From the NCBI GenBank assembly GCA_003693705.1, contig RBZT01000106.1, forward strand, positions 12,111-76,110: a stretch of DNA of 64,000 bases. Reading direction: 5' to 3'. The DNA comes from Polymyxa betae A26-41 (taxonomy: Eukaryota > Protista > Endomyxa: Phytomyxea). The position numbers and the translations under genes are program-made. This document shows positions 12,929 through 25,845 of this stretch, piece after piece (position 1 is the stretch's first letter; each line of letters begins with the position of its first letter). The notes beneath the pieces are model-generated. The model did not search any database, had not been told where the DNA came from, and saw only the letters and a list, made by a program, of their open reading frames with translations.

Positions 12929-13107
12929 ACTTCTGACCTTGTTCGTTGCATTGCTTCAGACTATTGTACTGGAAGCGATCCAATAAGCTACAGGTCAAGC
13001 TCAAGCATAATTGGTACCTACAGTATATCAGGTTCTGAGGCAGATTTTGTGAACCTGGCGGGAGCAAAGAAGGAACTCTCGCTTTAGGTTATTATAAGGT
13101 CTAGGAA

Positions 13108-13818
13108 TCAACGGGCGCCTTCTCTTGATGACAGGTTCGCTACGTCAAGTTCAAGCAGGATCCCAGCTCGATCACAAAACATCTTGAAATGTTGCTGGAC
13201 ACGATTAAGATCATTACGATTGGCCACATACGTCATCGATATAGTTCCACATTCTTTCAATCGGTAGGCAATCTCAACAGCTTGGTCCGGAACGACAGTA
13301 TCAAGGGCGACAGGATAATTCAGCAATCGGGCCAATGTGGAATCTGAGACAGACGGACGGGAGAACAGATTTGGCCCAACTTGTGGATAGAACGAATGTC
13401 GAATGTTGATGAAGACCAGCGAACCCGATAAATCTAAGCATGGGCTCTGCAGCTGATCAAGTTGCCGTACAACGATTTCAGCCTGGTCCTTTAACAGTAT
13501 CAGCTCGCAGTACATTACTGTGAAATGCAATACCGATTTGAATCCATCAATACCACTCGGGACGACGACATTATCCCAGAAATAGCCCCGATATCGAGCT
13601 GGTATTTCGGATGCGATAACAACGGGTTTTAAACCTCGAAGACAGAAGAGAATCTCAGCATGAATCCTGAGAGCATCAGATCGAACGCCCTTAGCATCCA
13701 GACATTGGACGAAATCGTCATTGGCCACAAGCGTTGACCAACAGGCGTCCTCGATCTTCCGAAACTTCCTCCAGAATGCGACCGCTGAGCATCCAGAGCC
13801 TTCGCGATCCACGCCCAT
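13108..13818 (-). CDS. Hypothetical protein
   Basis: 236-aa ORF with globular composition (HAEILFCLRGLKPVVI, LARLLNYP); may contain one in-frame intron. Confidence 0.7.
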   Translation of the reverse strand: MGVDREGSGCSAVAFWRKFRKIEDACWSTLVANDDFVQCLDAKGVRSDALRIHAEILFCLRGLKPVVIASEIPARYRGYFWDNVVVPSGIDGFKSVLHFTVMYCELILLKDQAEIVVRQLDQLQSPCLDLSGSLVFINIRHSFYPQVGPNLFSRPSVSDSTLARLLNYPVALDTVVPDQAVEIAYRLKECGTISMTYVANRNDLNRVQQHFKMFCDRAGILLELDVANLSSREGAR

Positions 13819-13932
13819 ATCTTGTTCTGACTAGGAAATGCAGAGCTGGGCGCCGAACCCGGAACGATGATGAGTCAATGGAGGTCAGAAGATCTCGTGA
13901 TCGCATTAATCCACGTCACTACTGCCCCCCTG

Positions 13933-14056
13933 TAATAAATAGGGCTCACTCATATCAATCATCTAATAATAGGGCTCTCTCATATCAATCTTTTTAATGA
14001 GTCTCTCTCTCATCTCTCCCTTTCTCTCTCTCGCTCTCTCTGTCTCACTCTCTCAT
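13933..14056 (+). repeat. About 30-bp tandem duplication followed by an imperfect (TC)n microsatellite
   Basis: aatagggctcactcatatcaatc and aatagggctctctcatatcaatc, then tctctctc runs at 14002-14056. Confidence 0.85.
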
Positions 14057-14223
14057 CATTTAACATTCTCTTATTAGAAAAATATTCATTAGCAATGTTT
14101 ACATGTTTGTTTGATGAGAACATTGCTTGGATATCGGGCCTGCGACTCCATCTTTTACCAACTGGGAGTACGACTCTTTGTCTTTGTTGTTTTAGGAGTG
14201 ATGAGCAGCAGCGATTCGTCAAG

Positions 14224-15420
14224 CTATCTAGATTTATTTTTACTTTTATAATAGCGGGAATTTCCATGCAGTCGTGTACATTCAGCTAGTTCGGTGTTCG
14301 GCAGGTTAGTTTCCATCGGCTCCAAAGACTTCATGTCAACAATCTCTTTGCGAGCAACGACTGGTTCGGTTTGCGATGGTCTCATCTCGTTTGCGGTTTG
14401 ACTTGCGACTTTCAGATCGGTTTTTAAAATTTGAATCTTTTGCTTTAGCAGCGCCTTCAAATCCATATTCAGTTTTATAGAACGTTTTTGTAGTCAAAAC
14501 ACCTGTTTCGCTTTTGAGCCTGCTTGGGCTTCTTTCAGTTTCTCCTCTAATTTGGAAATTTCTTCTTTTGCTCTTGCCTCTGACAATTGCAGGGATTTGC
14601 TTAACGATTCACATTGCAATGCATACTCATTAATAATCTGGTCACTTTCGCTAGCCTGTTTGAAGATTAAATAGGACATCCGGCATCTAAAAAGTCGACT
14701 TTGCCTCTTTAATGCGATCTTTTTGGCATTGATCCAAAGCTGTTCGTGCTCTGTTTAGCTCGATTGCAGCCGCCTGACGTTCGCATTGAGAATTGCTCCT
14801 TAGTACTTGCGATTTCTACCTTAATCAATTCATGCATCACACTCTTATCTTGCTCTTCTCTATCTTCTTGTTGATGAGCCATCTGCATTTTTACCCATTA
14901 CTTCAAATATCGTCATTTCAATGTTCTCACCTGATGCAATGACAAATTTCGTTTTCTCTCAACCTCCAACTCGTCTTGGCATTTTACCAGCTCTTCCTTG
15001 AACTTTATATTCTCTTTTCTCGACTTGCCCAGCTTTTCCTCCAGAATCTGAGAAAGTCCATTTCATTATAGATGACTTATTATAGAAAGCATTCAACCTG
15101 TAAATTAGTTTGCGATGTTTTTAATTCGTTCAATTCGTGATGGCATTGCTCCACTGCTTTTCGGCAGCGATCGCGCTCGTCAGTTACCTCTTTCAGTTGC
15201 TTCGCGTGTATATCAGCAGTTTTCTTCACCTGATTTTCCAATTCTTCTTTTTGAGACAACCGCATGTGTCGTTCTCTCAACAGATCTCTTTGCAAATTCA
15301 TCACCGATTGCTTCCAAACATTTCGTTCGAATTCATGCTTTTTATCAAGGTCCTGCTTGTCTTTAGTTATGGACTCAATGAGGGCGAGCAGCCGTTTTTC
15401 TTTTGTCCCTACACTGAACC
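14224..15420 (-). CDS. Coiled-coil protein, multi-exon (may extend 5' toward ~16.4 kb)
   Basis: Heptad-rich exons, e.g. LQRDLLRERHMRLSQKEELENQ, EEISKLEEKLKEAQ, DLKALLKQKIQILKTDL. Confidence 0.7.
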
Positions 15421-16583
15421 TGATACGAGAAAATTATTGAATCGTAACTTTGTCAACCTTCTTCAATAAAATCGGTTCGGCCAGGGACAACGTCTCCATT
15501 CATTCTTAGACCAGAGATTCGTTAATGGTACAAATATGGATCGTTGTTCCATTCTTTGGAATAATTAACATCTGCATAACGAATACTGTTTCGACGATGC
15601 ATCAAACGTAATAAAACGAATCGTACAATATTGCTAATTTTAATCAAATCGACAAGCTAGCTGCAATCCATATCAGAATGGATTCGAGTCAACGGGCGAT
15701 GCAGCACAAGGCCTGAGGTATGCCGGTTCATCACCTTTGTAATCTTCAGGAGCTCCTACCACCGTTTTCGAGCTAGCAATATTACACCGATTCCATATCA
15801 GAAGCGTGCCGTGTTGATCTACAGAGATAACCATATAGATCGGTAATTAGTGTTGTCGTAAGACGCCCAAGCTTTGCATCGATGTTGAACCCGGCGAGGG
15901 TTCTTACCATTGCTTACTCAGAATGTTTCACCTTGGCGAACCCGAATCAGAAAGCAAGCACTTCTCGCGCAAGTAAAGCCTTCTACAAGACGGATCGCGA
16001 TATTCAAACATCCCCTCGACGAGGAGTCTTTATGTAGTCATCAAATTCGAAAACTAATTGCAAACAAGATTTCGACAGAGGGAAAACTGGCAGAGCTGGT
16101 TATTTACACCCTACATCGATGAAAAGCCACATACGATCCGTTGATAGATTGAATGTAAAAAAATCATACACCCGAATACCACAACTAGTCTTTTGGAATC
16201 AATACAGTCCAGAAATCATCCTAGAAACATCTACAATCTTGATAAAATTCCAGCTTATATACATGTTGTAGGGATTCGATTCTCTAATCACCAACCGATC
16301 CAAACCGAGAGCAACGTAGACTTTCGTATTGCTGAGCTAAACCCCATGACGATGAGATCCCCTCAGCATGCAATATTGCGAGTCGGTGAGACAGGTTTGA
16401 CTATGAGCGAAGTCGAGCTCGAAGGGGAATGATCTTTAAAAGGCGCAATTTGTAAGGAGACCATCTCTGACAGTATTCAGTGTATTGTTACACTGTCTGG
16501 TGATATAGCCTATTTAGGTATTATCGCCTCTCACATTGTCATCATTCATTACATCTACCAGATCGCTAGAGCAACTCTTAGGC

Positions 16584-18672
16584 ATGGCAGGGCCAATCTC
16601 GGCCCCGGTTCTCTTGTATTCCGCCTGCACATGCGTCCTGATGGCCATGGCTGTGGCACCAGCCATGCCAACCAACCTGACCGCATTTTTCGTTTTGGTC
16701 CTGAGCTCGCCACTGAATGCTTTAATCACGTTCAACTTTTTATTCATGTTATCAGTCGTCGTGGCTCAGATTACCTCCAACATAGGTCAGTATTCGCTGA
16801 AGAGTTTCGTCAGCGTCACTAAATAGTGTTGATATAGTGTTTGGGACTATATCTGACGAAGAGATAGCAATTGTGAAAGAGTCGGCCAGGAATTTTATTA
16901 TGTTCAAATCGGTATACGTGTTCAGCGCCTTATATGCCGCTCACTATACTGATTTATTTATTTGGATGATATGTTTTTTGATATTCGGCTGGGTAAACTT
17001 CGTGATTTTTTCACTTTCTAGCCTTCTCTAAATTGCACTCAGCTTCGAGCGTTTGTTGCGCTGTCCTATCACAGATTATCCCATTTAGATTACCAGCAAG
17101 AGGCACTTAATCAGAACAGGAAAACCCTGTTTTCATTCATACTCGGATGTCTGATGGTGGACGTCTGCTTTATGGCGTTATTGATCAGTGTTTTCTCGAC
17201 TGCTGGATGGAGACCTTTAGTTTTATTAATTCACGAAGGTGTTTTAACAGCGATAGCCTGTGTTTGCTCGGTAGGCCACTGCAAACTGTTTTATTTGTTG
17301 TAATTTTTTTTGCAGATCATTCTGTATGGCTTTCAAGTCATGGATCATATGAGTTCTGCCGACCACACGCAGAAAGCTTTTTATCTTGACAGCGCAGGAG
17401 AAATCATTATCCAAACCGTCTCTTTAATACTGCTTCTTCAGGTTTGGGCTGCTTATGGCCTTTCACTTACAGGTGAATTCACAAATATTTCGCTTCGCGA
17501 CGTACTTATTCTTCGTAGTCGTAGACATGTTCTTCTTCATGATAGTTAGAGCGGTTTATGTCCGGATATCTGCTCGCATTGCATCTTTGATTGCATATCG
17601 TCGAGTCTTATACGACATCAATACAAGATTCGCCGACGCAACAGCAGAGGTGTGTTTCTCTGTAGCTGTTTTTTTTTGTAAAGTAATAGGGCTTTAGGAG
17701 CTGCAAGCTTTAGACGATCACTGTGCAATATGTCACGAGCAGCTTCAATTTGGAGCCACTAAAAAGCTACCTTGCTCTCATTTCTTTCACTTACCATGCC
17801 TCAGGCAATGGATGAAATATCGCAGAAGTTGTCCTGTCTGCCGATCGGATCTACTAAACTCGGACAACAGTAACCGGCCATCAGGAGCAAGCAGACAGCC
17901 GCTACCCAATCAATGGGGATTGCGTCGTCTTTTCCATTTTAATACAGGAAACTGGGCGTCATGGATGCCTAACATCTCCTTTGAAGTCGTTCGAGGAGTA
18001 TGTATTGCTGATCTTAATGAATTGTCCTCTCATTTTCCTAGCAGGTTCATGTCGCTCCAGTTGTAAGGAGAAATCTGGTTCAGGTCCCACCTGTTCATAT
18101 CCTGTCCGAAATGTTCCCCAATATGCCCGACGATGTATTGCAGCGCTATTTAGATCAAGCTAATGGTGTTCTCGCTATCGCCATTGAACATCTTATGATT
18201 GATAATAATGGCGGGGGAGATGCCACTAATGCAGCTGAAGATGGTTCTGATCCTTCAGGCAGTCCAGGCAATGACAGCTCTGAGCCTTTTGACAATTTGA
18301 ACAGTGGCCGCGCTGAACTTCTCAATAATGGTGCCCCTGAGGCTTCGGAAGACGCAAGTAATGGTGAGGTTTTTGACGAATCCGCTCCATTTCCCATTGT
18401 GCAGAATAACAACGATTATGTTGATGATGGTGTTGTTGAGTCCACTGAAGCCATTAATTCCAGCTCCGAAACTGTCCAGCAACCTGAGGCCGTTCTGAAT
18501 TCCGATGAAACTTTATCGATGCTCAGGAGACGGGTTCCTCGTAGTACATCGAATATAGACGAGAGAAGGTATGTGAGTCTCTATTACAGATATATAGTTT
18601 GGTTTAATAACTGTCAGGGTGGCTGGGGTTTCAAGGTCAGAAGCTTTAGCTAGGGGCGAACAACCACCTTAA
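16584..18672 (+). CDS. AMFR: ERAD RING-H2 E3 ligase, AMFR/gp78 (RIN2-like), TM + RING + CUE
   Basis: Multi-TM N-terminus (VFGTISDEEIAIVKE, FIMFK); FADATAE|ELQALDDHCAICHEQL..KKLPCSHFFHLPCLRQW..SCPVCR; CUE-like EMFPNMPDDVL. Confidence 0.88.
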
Positions 18673-18700
18673 ATTTGATATTAAAACATTTCATCTTAAT

Positions 18701-19194
18701 CTACGATTTGTCTGAGTCAGACAGGTGAAGTGAGGTCAATTGGTAAAGATCTTCGGGGATTCTGGAAGTCCATTTCCGAACAACATTCGCCTTTGGAAAC
18801 ATCAACAAACCAGCTTTCTCAAATACTTCCAGGACCACGTCAACATTAAATGCAAATAGCGTCTTTAGAAACCCGACATCAACGAGTTCCAGTTCTCGAG
18901 ACGATATGTTACTTCCTCCAAATTTCTGGATTTATGATCAGCTCTTTTGATGTAGCCAATCGTTCCGTTTGGATTGTTGATTGTGTTCACATTGGTATTG
19001 TAAACAGCATCAAACAATGATAAGACAAGTGGTCTATTCTGGATTGCAACCGCCGGCTTGGTCCCGAGACCAGCCCGCACCAGGAGCTCAGCCTCAGAAT
19101 GTATCTGTATGTGAGGAGTAATTGAGAGGGTACAGGACGTCCCCTCACAATTAATGTGAGATAGATCATGAACAGTACTGCTAGAACGTGCCAT
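18701..19194 (-). CDS. Possible small hypothetical gene
   Basis: ORF with IHSEAELLVRAGLGTKPAVAI plus a downstream open frame ELVDVGFLKTLFAFNVDVVLEVFEKAGLL; the junction between them is unresolved. Confidence 0.35.
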
Positions 19195-19202
19195 TATATT
19201 GA

Positions 19203-20285
19203 ATGTCGCCCATACAACGTACTGGCTCGGTATCAGATCTGAGCGCATTTCGAAGCCGCCTCCAACCTGATCAACGTCGACATCCTTCATGGAAGCTGTC
19301 CACTCAGATACGGGATGTACTCAGCGAGTCATGCCGGCCCAGAACAGCGTTCTCTTCAACATCATCATCACCGGGAATGATCGTATCGCCTGAGGCTAGC
19401 CTAGCAGATCAACTTCCGTCTGCAGATAAGACGTGGGATTGGTTCTCAAATCAGTCGCGCTCGATCGCCAGATCCAGCTTTCGTTGCGGCTCTGTCCTTC
19501 TCACTGATTCCGCCAATGTCGAATGCGAACAACGCCCTACAACCAGCGGTTTCGACCGTGACCCGATTCTGGAAGGCGATGTGCTCGAGTTCATCCCGGA
19601 ACGGCGCGCGTTCCCGGCCGCCTCTCATCGCATCTTCGAGACCGGGGAGAACGCCCGCGAGCCCGGACGTCGTCTGCGCATGTCCCAGCCGACCTACGAC
19701 CCGACTCGAGCCGGTGTTCGGACCGACCAGCAGCCCGAATTCCGCCCTTGTTTCCGTCGGGTTCCAATCCCGCCTTCGTACCATCAGGAGCAGCCGATCA
19801 CACCGCGAACGGCGCCGCGATCACATCTCTGGCGCTCCCGCGATATCATCACCCAGCAGGACGCCGAATTCGTACCGGCCCCGACCTCCAGCATCAAGAC
19901 GTTCCCGGCTCATCTGCGATCCGGGGTGGGTCGTGACCCGGAGCCGTACCGGCCCGTCAAGCGCGTGTTGCGCCCGTCGGAATCGGAGACGGCGCTGCGT
20001 ACCATGCATTACTGCATGCCGCCGGACGAGGGCCACCAGACCCAGGCCAGTACGTCGGCCGTCCGACGATGCGATAAGAATGCGAACACAGGCGGCGATG
20101 TGATCAACTATCGATTCTCAGGCGGGATCTGCCCGTCATCCAGGATGTTGGATGATTCCCGTCAGCACGAGCATCAGCTGTATGAAAGGCAACTGCAGCT
20201 CAGCCATCGGACAGAGGTCGTACACACCCAGCAGTTGTTCAAAGACAATCTTGAACGTGCTAGAAGACGAACATCGATCTTTTAG
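19203..20285 (+). CDS. Hypothetical R/P/S-rich disordered protein, intronless
   Basis: 360-aa ORF with GC-rich third positions and short recurring R-P motifs. Confidence 0.75.
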   Translation: MSPIQRTGSVSDLSAFRSRLQPDQRRHPSWKLSTQIRDVLSESCRPRTAFSSTSSSPGMIVSPEASLADQLPSADKTWDWFSNQSRSIARSSFRCGSVLLTDSANVECEQRPTTSGFDRDPILEGDVLEFIPERRAFPAASHRIFETGENAREPGRRLRMSQPTYDPTRAGVRTDQQPEFRPCFRRVPIPPSYHQEQPITPRTAPRSHLWRSRDIITQQDAEFVPAPTSSIKTFPAHLRSGVGRDPEPYRPVKRVLRPSESETALRTMHYCMPPDEGHQTQASTSAVRRCDKNANTGGDVINYRFSGGICPSSRMLDDSRQHEHQLYERQLQLSHRTEVVHTQQLFKDNLERARRRTSIF

Positions 20286-20351
20286 CTCATTCTGTTCTGC
20301 AGAATCTGATAAATTGATTGAAACCACGATATGATTGATTTTGAGCTGATT

Positions 20352-21497
20352 TTATGTGCAATTGATTGGGATAATCGGGATCTCATTGATAACAGCATAG
20401 CTACTGAAATCGAATCGGTTCTTCATATCGAGATGATACCGATCGGTAGTGACCCGACGAGGGTGCTGCGATTTCAACATCGCCTCGAATTGCCTTTCCT
20501 TCATAGTCAACGGAACGACCTCAGCCTGACCTGAGCGGCGCGGCGTTAACGGCGGTGCCGACCTGCCTGGACCCGCCCAGGTCGGCGTCGTCCTGGCCGA
20601 TCTCGGCTTGTTCGAAGCAGAGTTCGGCTTCCGATGTGCGAACGTGACAATTTGGCAGGGTTCACGAGGCGTTGCCGCCAACGCCCGATCCGCGAACAAG
20701 CCCGGCGTTGGCGTCGTCGTCAGCGGCCCCAATCGTGGTATCACCATCGGCTTCGTATTAACGAACTGCCAACGACGTCGCCGGCGCTGGGTGCGAATCT
20801 GTTGGACACGTTGCTTTAGCTGGACCTGAGCCAGCTCGTCCAATCGCAGCAGCTCGATGCGCTGCTTTACTCGAGCTAGGACGCCGCGCACAGGTCGTGG
20901 CGTCTTACCGCTGCCGGCGACGGCCTCGGCCAGAATCTGCACGAAGGTCGTCTGCGAGCTGCAGATTGCTGAAGGCAGTCAACGTCTGGATCGGAGGAAT
21001 CGTGACGCTCTCACCGATATGATAGCGACCCAGGCCAGCACGGGCGTCGTTCGGCAGTATTAAGAGCCGAACACGGCCAACGCCTTGACAGGTCCATTGA
21101 GGAGCAATATGATCACTTTTGCTGACAAACATTGTGAGATGTGATTTGTTCGATGTTGATGATGTGACCGTGATAGAGAAGCAGAACGAGGTCTGTGTCC
21201 ATTGTATAGATGAATACCAGGTCTGTCCTTCTAACACTTGAAATTGCTGGAAATCACCAATTGTTAGAATTGGACCTGATCAAGCGTATCAGAGACGTCT
21301 GCACATCATCAATGCTGAGTACCTGATCTGCTAAAGGCCATCGTGATCCCTGATCGATCAGTGCCTTGAGGTGCAATTTGGGAATTGTTTTGTTTTAAGA
21401 AATTGACACTGGCCAGGGCAGCAATTGCATTCGCCTTAAATGGACGTTTCAAGGCGGTTTGATGGTGAAATGTCGAACTGGACTCCAGATTGATCAT
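20352..21497 (-). CDS. Hypothetical protein with beta-rich N-terminal half and basic C-terminal half
   Basis: ORFs 21309-21569, 20905-21237 and 20352-20942 can be joined by short introns; start uncertain. Confidence 0.6.
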
Positions 21498-21730
21498 AAT
21501 AATTGAATGAGTACACTCTCGAACTTTACACCAAAAAACGTTTTGCCAAATCAAGATTAGACGTCTCATTGATCAAGTGAGCACTATTGTTAAGTAAACA
21601 TCGACGACAGCTGAATATCTTTGAAAACTGTACTCTAGCATCTTAAGACCTGCAAACGTCAGATAAGGTCAGATACGCCATACTGAATGTTTCCACAAAT
21701 ATGATCTGTATTTTAACTTAGAAGTTAAAT

Positions 21731-24335
21731 TTATACCTGCCTCTGAAAACAATAAATATAAGCCATATCTATAGGAGGACTGATTGATTCCGACACCTTG
21801 TTATCGTTAAAATAAACCTATTTTGAATGAGATGTGATGAGTGTCGAACGAACCGACAAAACCCTTCTTACCCATCGTTTATCTTGAGCGTTATAAACAT
21901 GAGCAACGTAATGGCCGAAATGAATGGATGATCCTAGATGAGTGATCATACCTGTAAGATTGTATACAGCAGGAACTTGACTACCAGGCATAATCTCAGG
22001 TTCTTCAGCATGGCTCATCAACCAATCAGCAGCACGTTGAACATCGCCGTTCGTCTCCGATAACGCTTTCTTGCAGCGTTCTTCATCGAACCCCATTGAG
22101 CTCAACATAGAGAGGCCTTCAGTGTCAAAAGCTGTAGAACTTGTAGAAGGTTCCGCAATTGGCTCATTTAGCTCTGGATCGTCCAGGTGTGCAAACATCC
22201 AATCAGCCGCCGAGTTAACATCGGAATTATTGACAGCCTTTAAAGCACGAACACAGGCGATCGTGCTGAAGCCCATCGTTAACAGCTGCTGAAGCAATTC
22301 CTCGCTAGGAGCAAAGTTATGCGATTCGGTGTCTGGAAGGGAGATCTCATCGGGAGCCTGGCCATGACCTCGAAGATCTTCGAAACTGATATTCGTCATT
22401 GGGACGGAAACCTTGGTCTGCATCTTTTTAGGAACCCAATCGGTATAGTTGAATCGTTGCATCTGGACAATTAAGACATCTGGAAACGTCAATAGACGAT
22501 GCGAGATCTCAGCTGTCGTCGTCGTTTGACAATGAGGACATTTGAACTCGGCTGTTTTGGTTTCCTTGAACAGCTCCAAACACCTTTGAAATGAGATTGT
22601 TTCTTCCGTCTCTCCTGCCGGAATCTCCAAAGATATATCGGAGGTGTTGATATTGGTATAACGTACCCTCTGACAAGATGAGCATCGCAGGCGTTGCTCA
22701 AGCATGAAGCTAAAAGCCGAACTTGGATCAAGATTTGGGTCTGAGCGCTCTTGCTTACGAATTTCTTGCAGCAAATACTGGAAGAATTGCATGGCATCTT
22801 GCTGACGGAAAGTTCGGAATTCAGGATGCTGAGAGCTGATTAATCGCTTGAACATCGATGGTGAGATTCCTGGCTGTGTTAACAATTCGTCGACATCCTT
22901 CGGGGGACATTTGGACCACGAGCCACTTAACAGCCCAGTTGCTAATTTCGCCATCTGACATTGATAGCAGTCCCATGGCCTCCAGCTGCGGCATGACTTC
23001 AAATGCTCTTCTCCCAGAGAATAATACCGCTGGCAGAAAGAAGGTAAAGAGAACAATACTTGGACAGTGGACGCCAAGTAACAGCTGTTGCCGAGATTCT
23101 TCAGGCCAGTATAACCAGGCCCATACAGTAATTTCATCGCCTCATCTTTCTCGATCACCTTGTTCCATTCACTAGAGATATCCAATCAGCAAGCTGATTA
23201 TGATTATCAATACGACACTGACTGATTCAAGTTCTGTTCCAGTTCCATTTCAGCCATCGTTTTGCTGGTTTTCTGCATATCGTTGGTTGCAATTCCGAGG
23301 CATTGCAGATGAGCGATAAGATTCTCGTCAATACGCATCTCATCGCAAGCATAGCAGTAAATATCTGCTGTTCCCTCAGGTGTAATCGTCCCCAGCTAGA
23401 TGGCGTTCAGAATAGAAAACGCGAAGAGTAGATTGGCGCCATACCTTGCAAACAACATTGTGCCCTGTAGCCTGATTATGCTCAACACCATGATTATTAC
23501 CACCACCGCCACCAAAAACGGAACGTGCGCATCCCAACGAACCGCAAGTCATGCATAGCCAAAGATTGTCTTCTAAACAGATCAATGTTAGATATAAGTT
23601 TGAGAGAAAAGTTCAGTTGACTGACTTAGATCGCAGGAATCGCAATGAGCAAGAGATTTTTGTGACAATGTATGTACCTCCAATTGCTGTAAATTTTGTG
23701 TATGCTCACAGGGAGTACGTTGTTCTTCCCAAGCCTCAACAGCGCTCTGTCGAAAAACCCATTAGCTGGAACGACACTATTCAATAGTTCAATTACTTGA
23801 TTGGTCAATGATTTATGGTCCAAAATGGCGTCGATAATGGATTTGAATTGACCAGTGCTGATTTTCGAAGCCTGTGGACATTGCATGCATGCTAGTTGGG
23901 TAGAGGTCTCATACTGAACAGCTTCAGGCAACGGGAATCCGTTCTCACCACCAATGGCAAGTTTGGTAACCTGCAAGCAGATGTATAAAAAACGGGTCTG
24001 GATATTCCCTGCGCTCTGCTCACCTTTGCAGGTCTCAATTCTTTGGGATCTGTTTTACCTGGAAGAGCCTTTTTAATGAGATGAATCGCATATGAATGTG
24101 ATGTGACTCTCGAGTGATTTGCTGCATGCACCTGACAACCACCATTCCAACATTTTGTGCAGATATATAAGCCGCCGATTGATTCCTAGATAGACTTCAG
24201 ATCGTCATCGCCATACTGCGACGCTCGAACCGGAGTCTGGAAACACTGCGAGCATTCATCATTGAGGACCATGGACGAATGCTCAGGCATCCTGAAGTCC
24301 TGGTCGCTGATCGATGACAGATGCTGGCAGGCCAT
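21731..24335 (-). CDS. USP5: Ubiquitin-specific protease 5/13 (isopeptidase T, Ubp14)
   Basis: ZnF-UBP (NLWLCMTCGSLGC), Cys box GYTGLKNLGNSCY, QQDAMQF, two UBA domains, His box HLGSSIHFGHYVAH, YFNDNKV. Confidence 0.96.
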
Positions 24336-24712
24336 AGTGCGATTATGGACCTTGATGCAAAGATGACAAAGCTAATAGCGCTATGTGGGCTACGCTACCC
24401 TCTCAATATTCAACCATCACCATCATTATAGGACTCATCATATCACATACCTCGATCTAGGTCATCAAAGCCAAATCCAGATTACCTTCAATGTCTGCTA
24501 AAATAAGTACTACTTTCAGTGTCAAGTTTGTACGAATTCTTCTTCGATCTCCATTAAGTTGATAATACAGGATTTTTTTACCGTGGACTGACCTTATTTT
24601 ATTATAAGGCGATCGTTGTTAAGCCATTCGACCTGGAATGCTAAGTAGGTTTACTGGACGAGAAGACGATAGCAGTTGATAGCGCAGCATTTCTTTATCG
24701 TTGTCGTTCATC

Positions 24713-25713
24713 ATGGACACTCTCAGCGACCTGATCTTATTGTCGCTGGGTGTCTTCTTATGCACGATACTGCCCGGGCTGGTCCCGGTCTGGATGGGTT
24801 GTGGCCGTCAAACGTCCAGGAGCGGCTTCTATATCACTCTTCTTGATGCTATCGCTGCTGGCTTGTTTATGGGTACTGTACGTTCTGTTAGTATGGATGG
24901 CATTTGTCTATAAATCTGGTTACAGGCAGTTTCAGTGATAATTCCCGAAGGAATTCACTTCATTTTGGATGCAAACTGCTCGGCTGGGATCCCCAAACTG
25001 TTCGGTTTATCCATTAACCTGGGTTTCGCATTCATGCTGATAATCGATCGGATCCCTTTCAGCTCCGAGGATCCAAAAAAAAAGCCCAACGCAGAAGACG
25101 TTTCACTTGCTGGTGGTTGCAATGCAGATAACAGGTTCCAATATTAAACCTCTCAGATTCACGTTTGTCTCAAAAATCATTCAGGCATCATAATCACTCG
25201 ACGTTCATTGGTCTGCTTGTGCATTCTGCTGCGGATGGCGTCGCCATGGGCGCTGTTTCGCTGTCTCACGAATCATCGGTGGAATTTTTTGTATTCCTTG
25301 CCTTGATCCTTCACAAAGGTCCAGCTAGTTTTACATTAGTCGCACAATTTCTGCAGCAAAACCGAAGACGTTCCATTATCCTTCGAAATTTGATTCTGTT
25401 TTCGGCTGCTGCGCCGATTGCTGCTATATCTACATTTATTTTATTTGCTGACAAGAACGAGGCTTTGAGTAAAGAGCGACTTGGGGCATTGATGTTGTTT
25501 TCTGCCGGGACATTTCTTTTTGTTGCTGTAATGCACGTTTTGCCAGAGACTCTAAAACACGAAAACGGTGCGTCTGTGTCATGGTCTACGATTGCTGCCG
25601 TTATCATCGGTATGATTTTACCAAGCTTTCTTAGTGCCAGCCATGGTCATTCCGGTGATGTGCAGCCGGCGTTGGATCTGAAAGCAAACAATCATGCACT
25701 TCATCAGCATTGA
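24713..25713 (+). CDS. ZIP-family zinc transporter, ZIP9/ATX2-like
   Basis: AGLFMGT, IIPEG, GLLVHSAADGVAMG, ALILHKGPASF, FSAGTFLFVAVMHVLPE. Confidence 0.92.
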
Positions 25714-25845
25714 ATGAAGTTGCCAAACATAATGTAATATATATCATAGAAATAGGACAAAACGCCTATTCTCCCAGAAATAGCAATCAAACAATCGATT
25801 ATGACTTATCGTTACGAAAATAAGAGTTTGCATGTATAAACAGAA

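Noticed and set aside
14010-14267. ORF ending RQRERERERER
   Set aside because: It is a translation of the TC/GA microsatellite.
19446-20103. Long overlapping alternative-frame and antisense ORFs (also at 36465-37694 and 53578-54925)
   Set aside because: These are expected shadows of GC-rich coding sequence and have no protein-like features.
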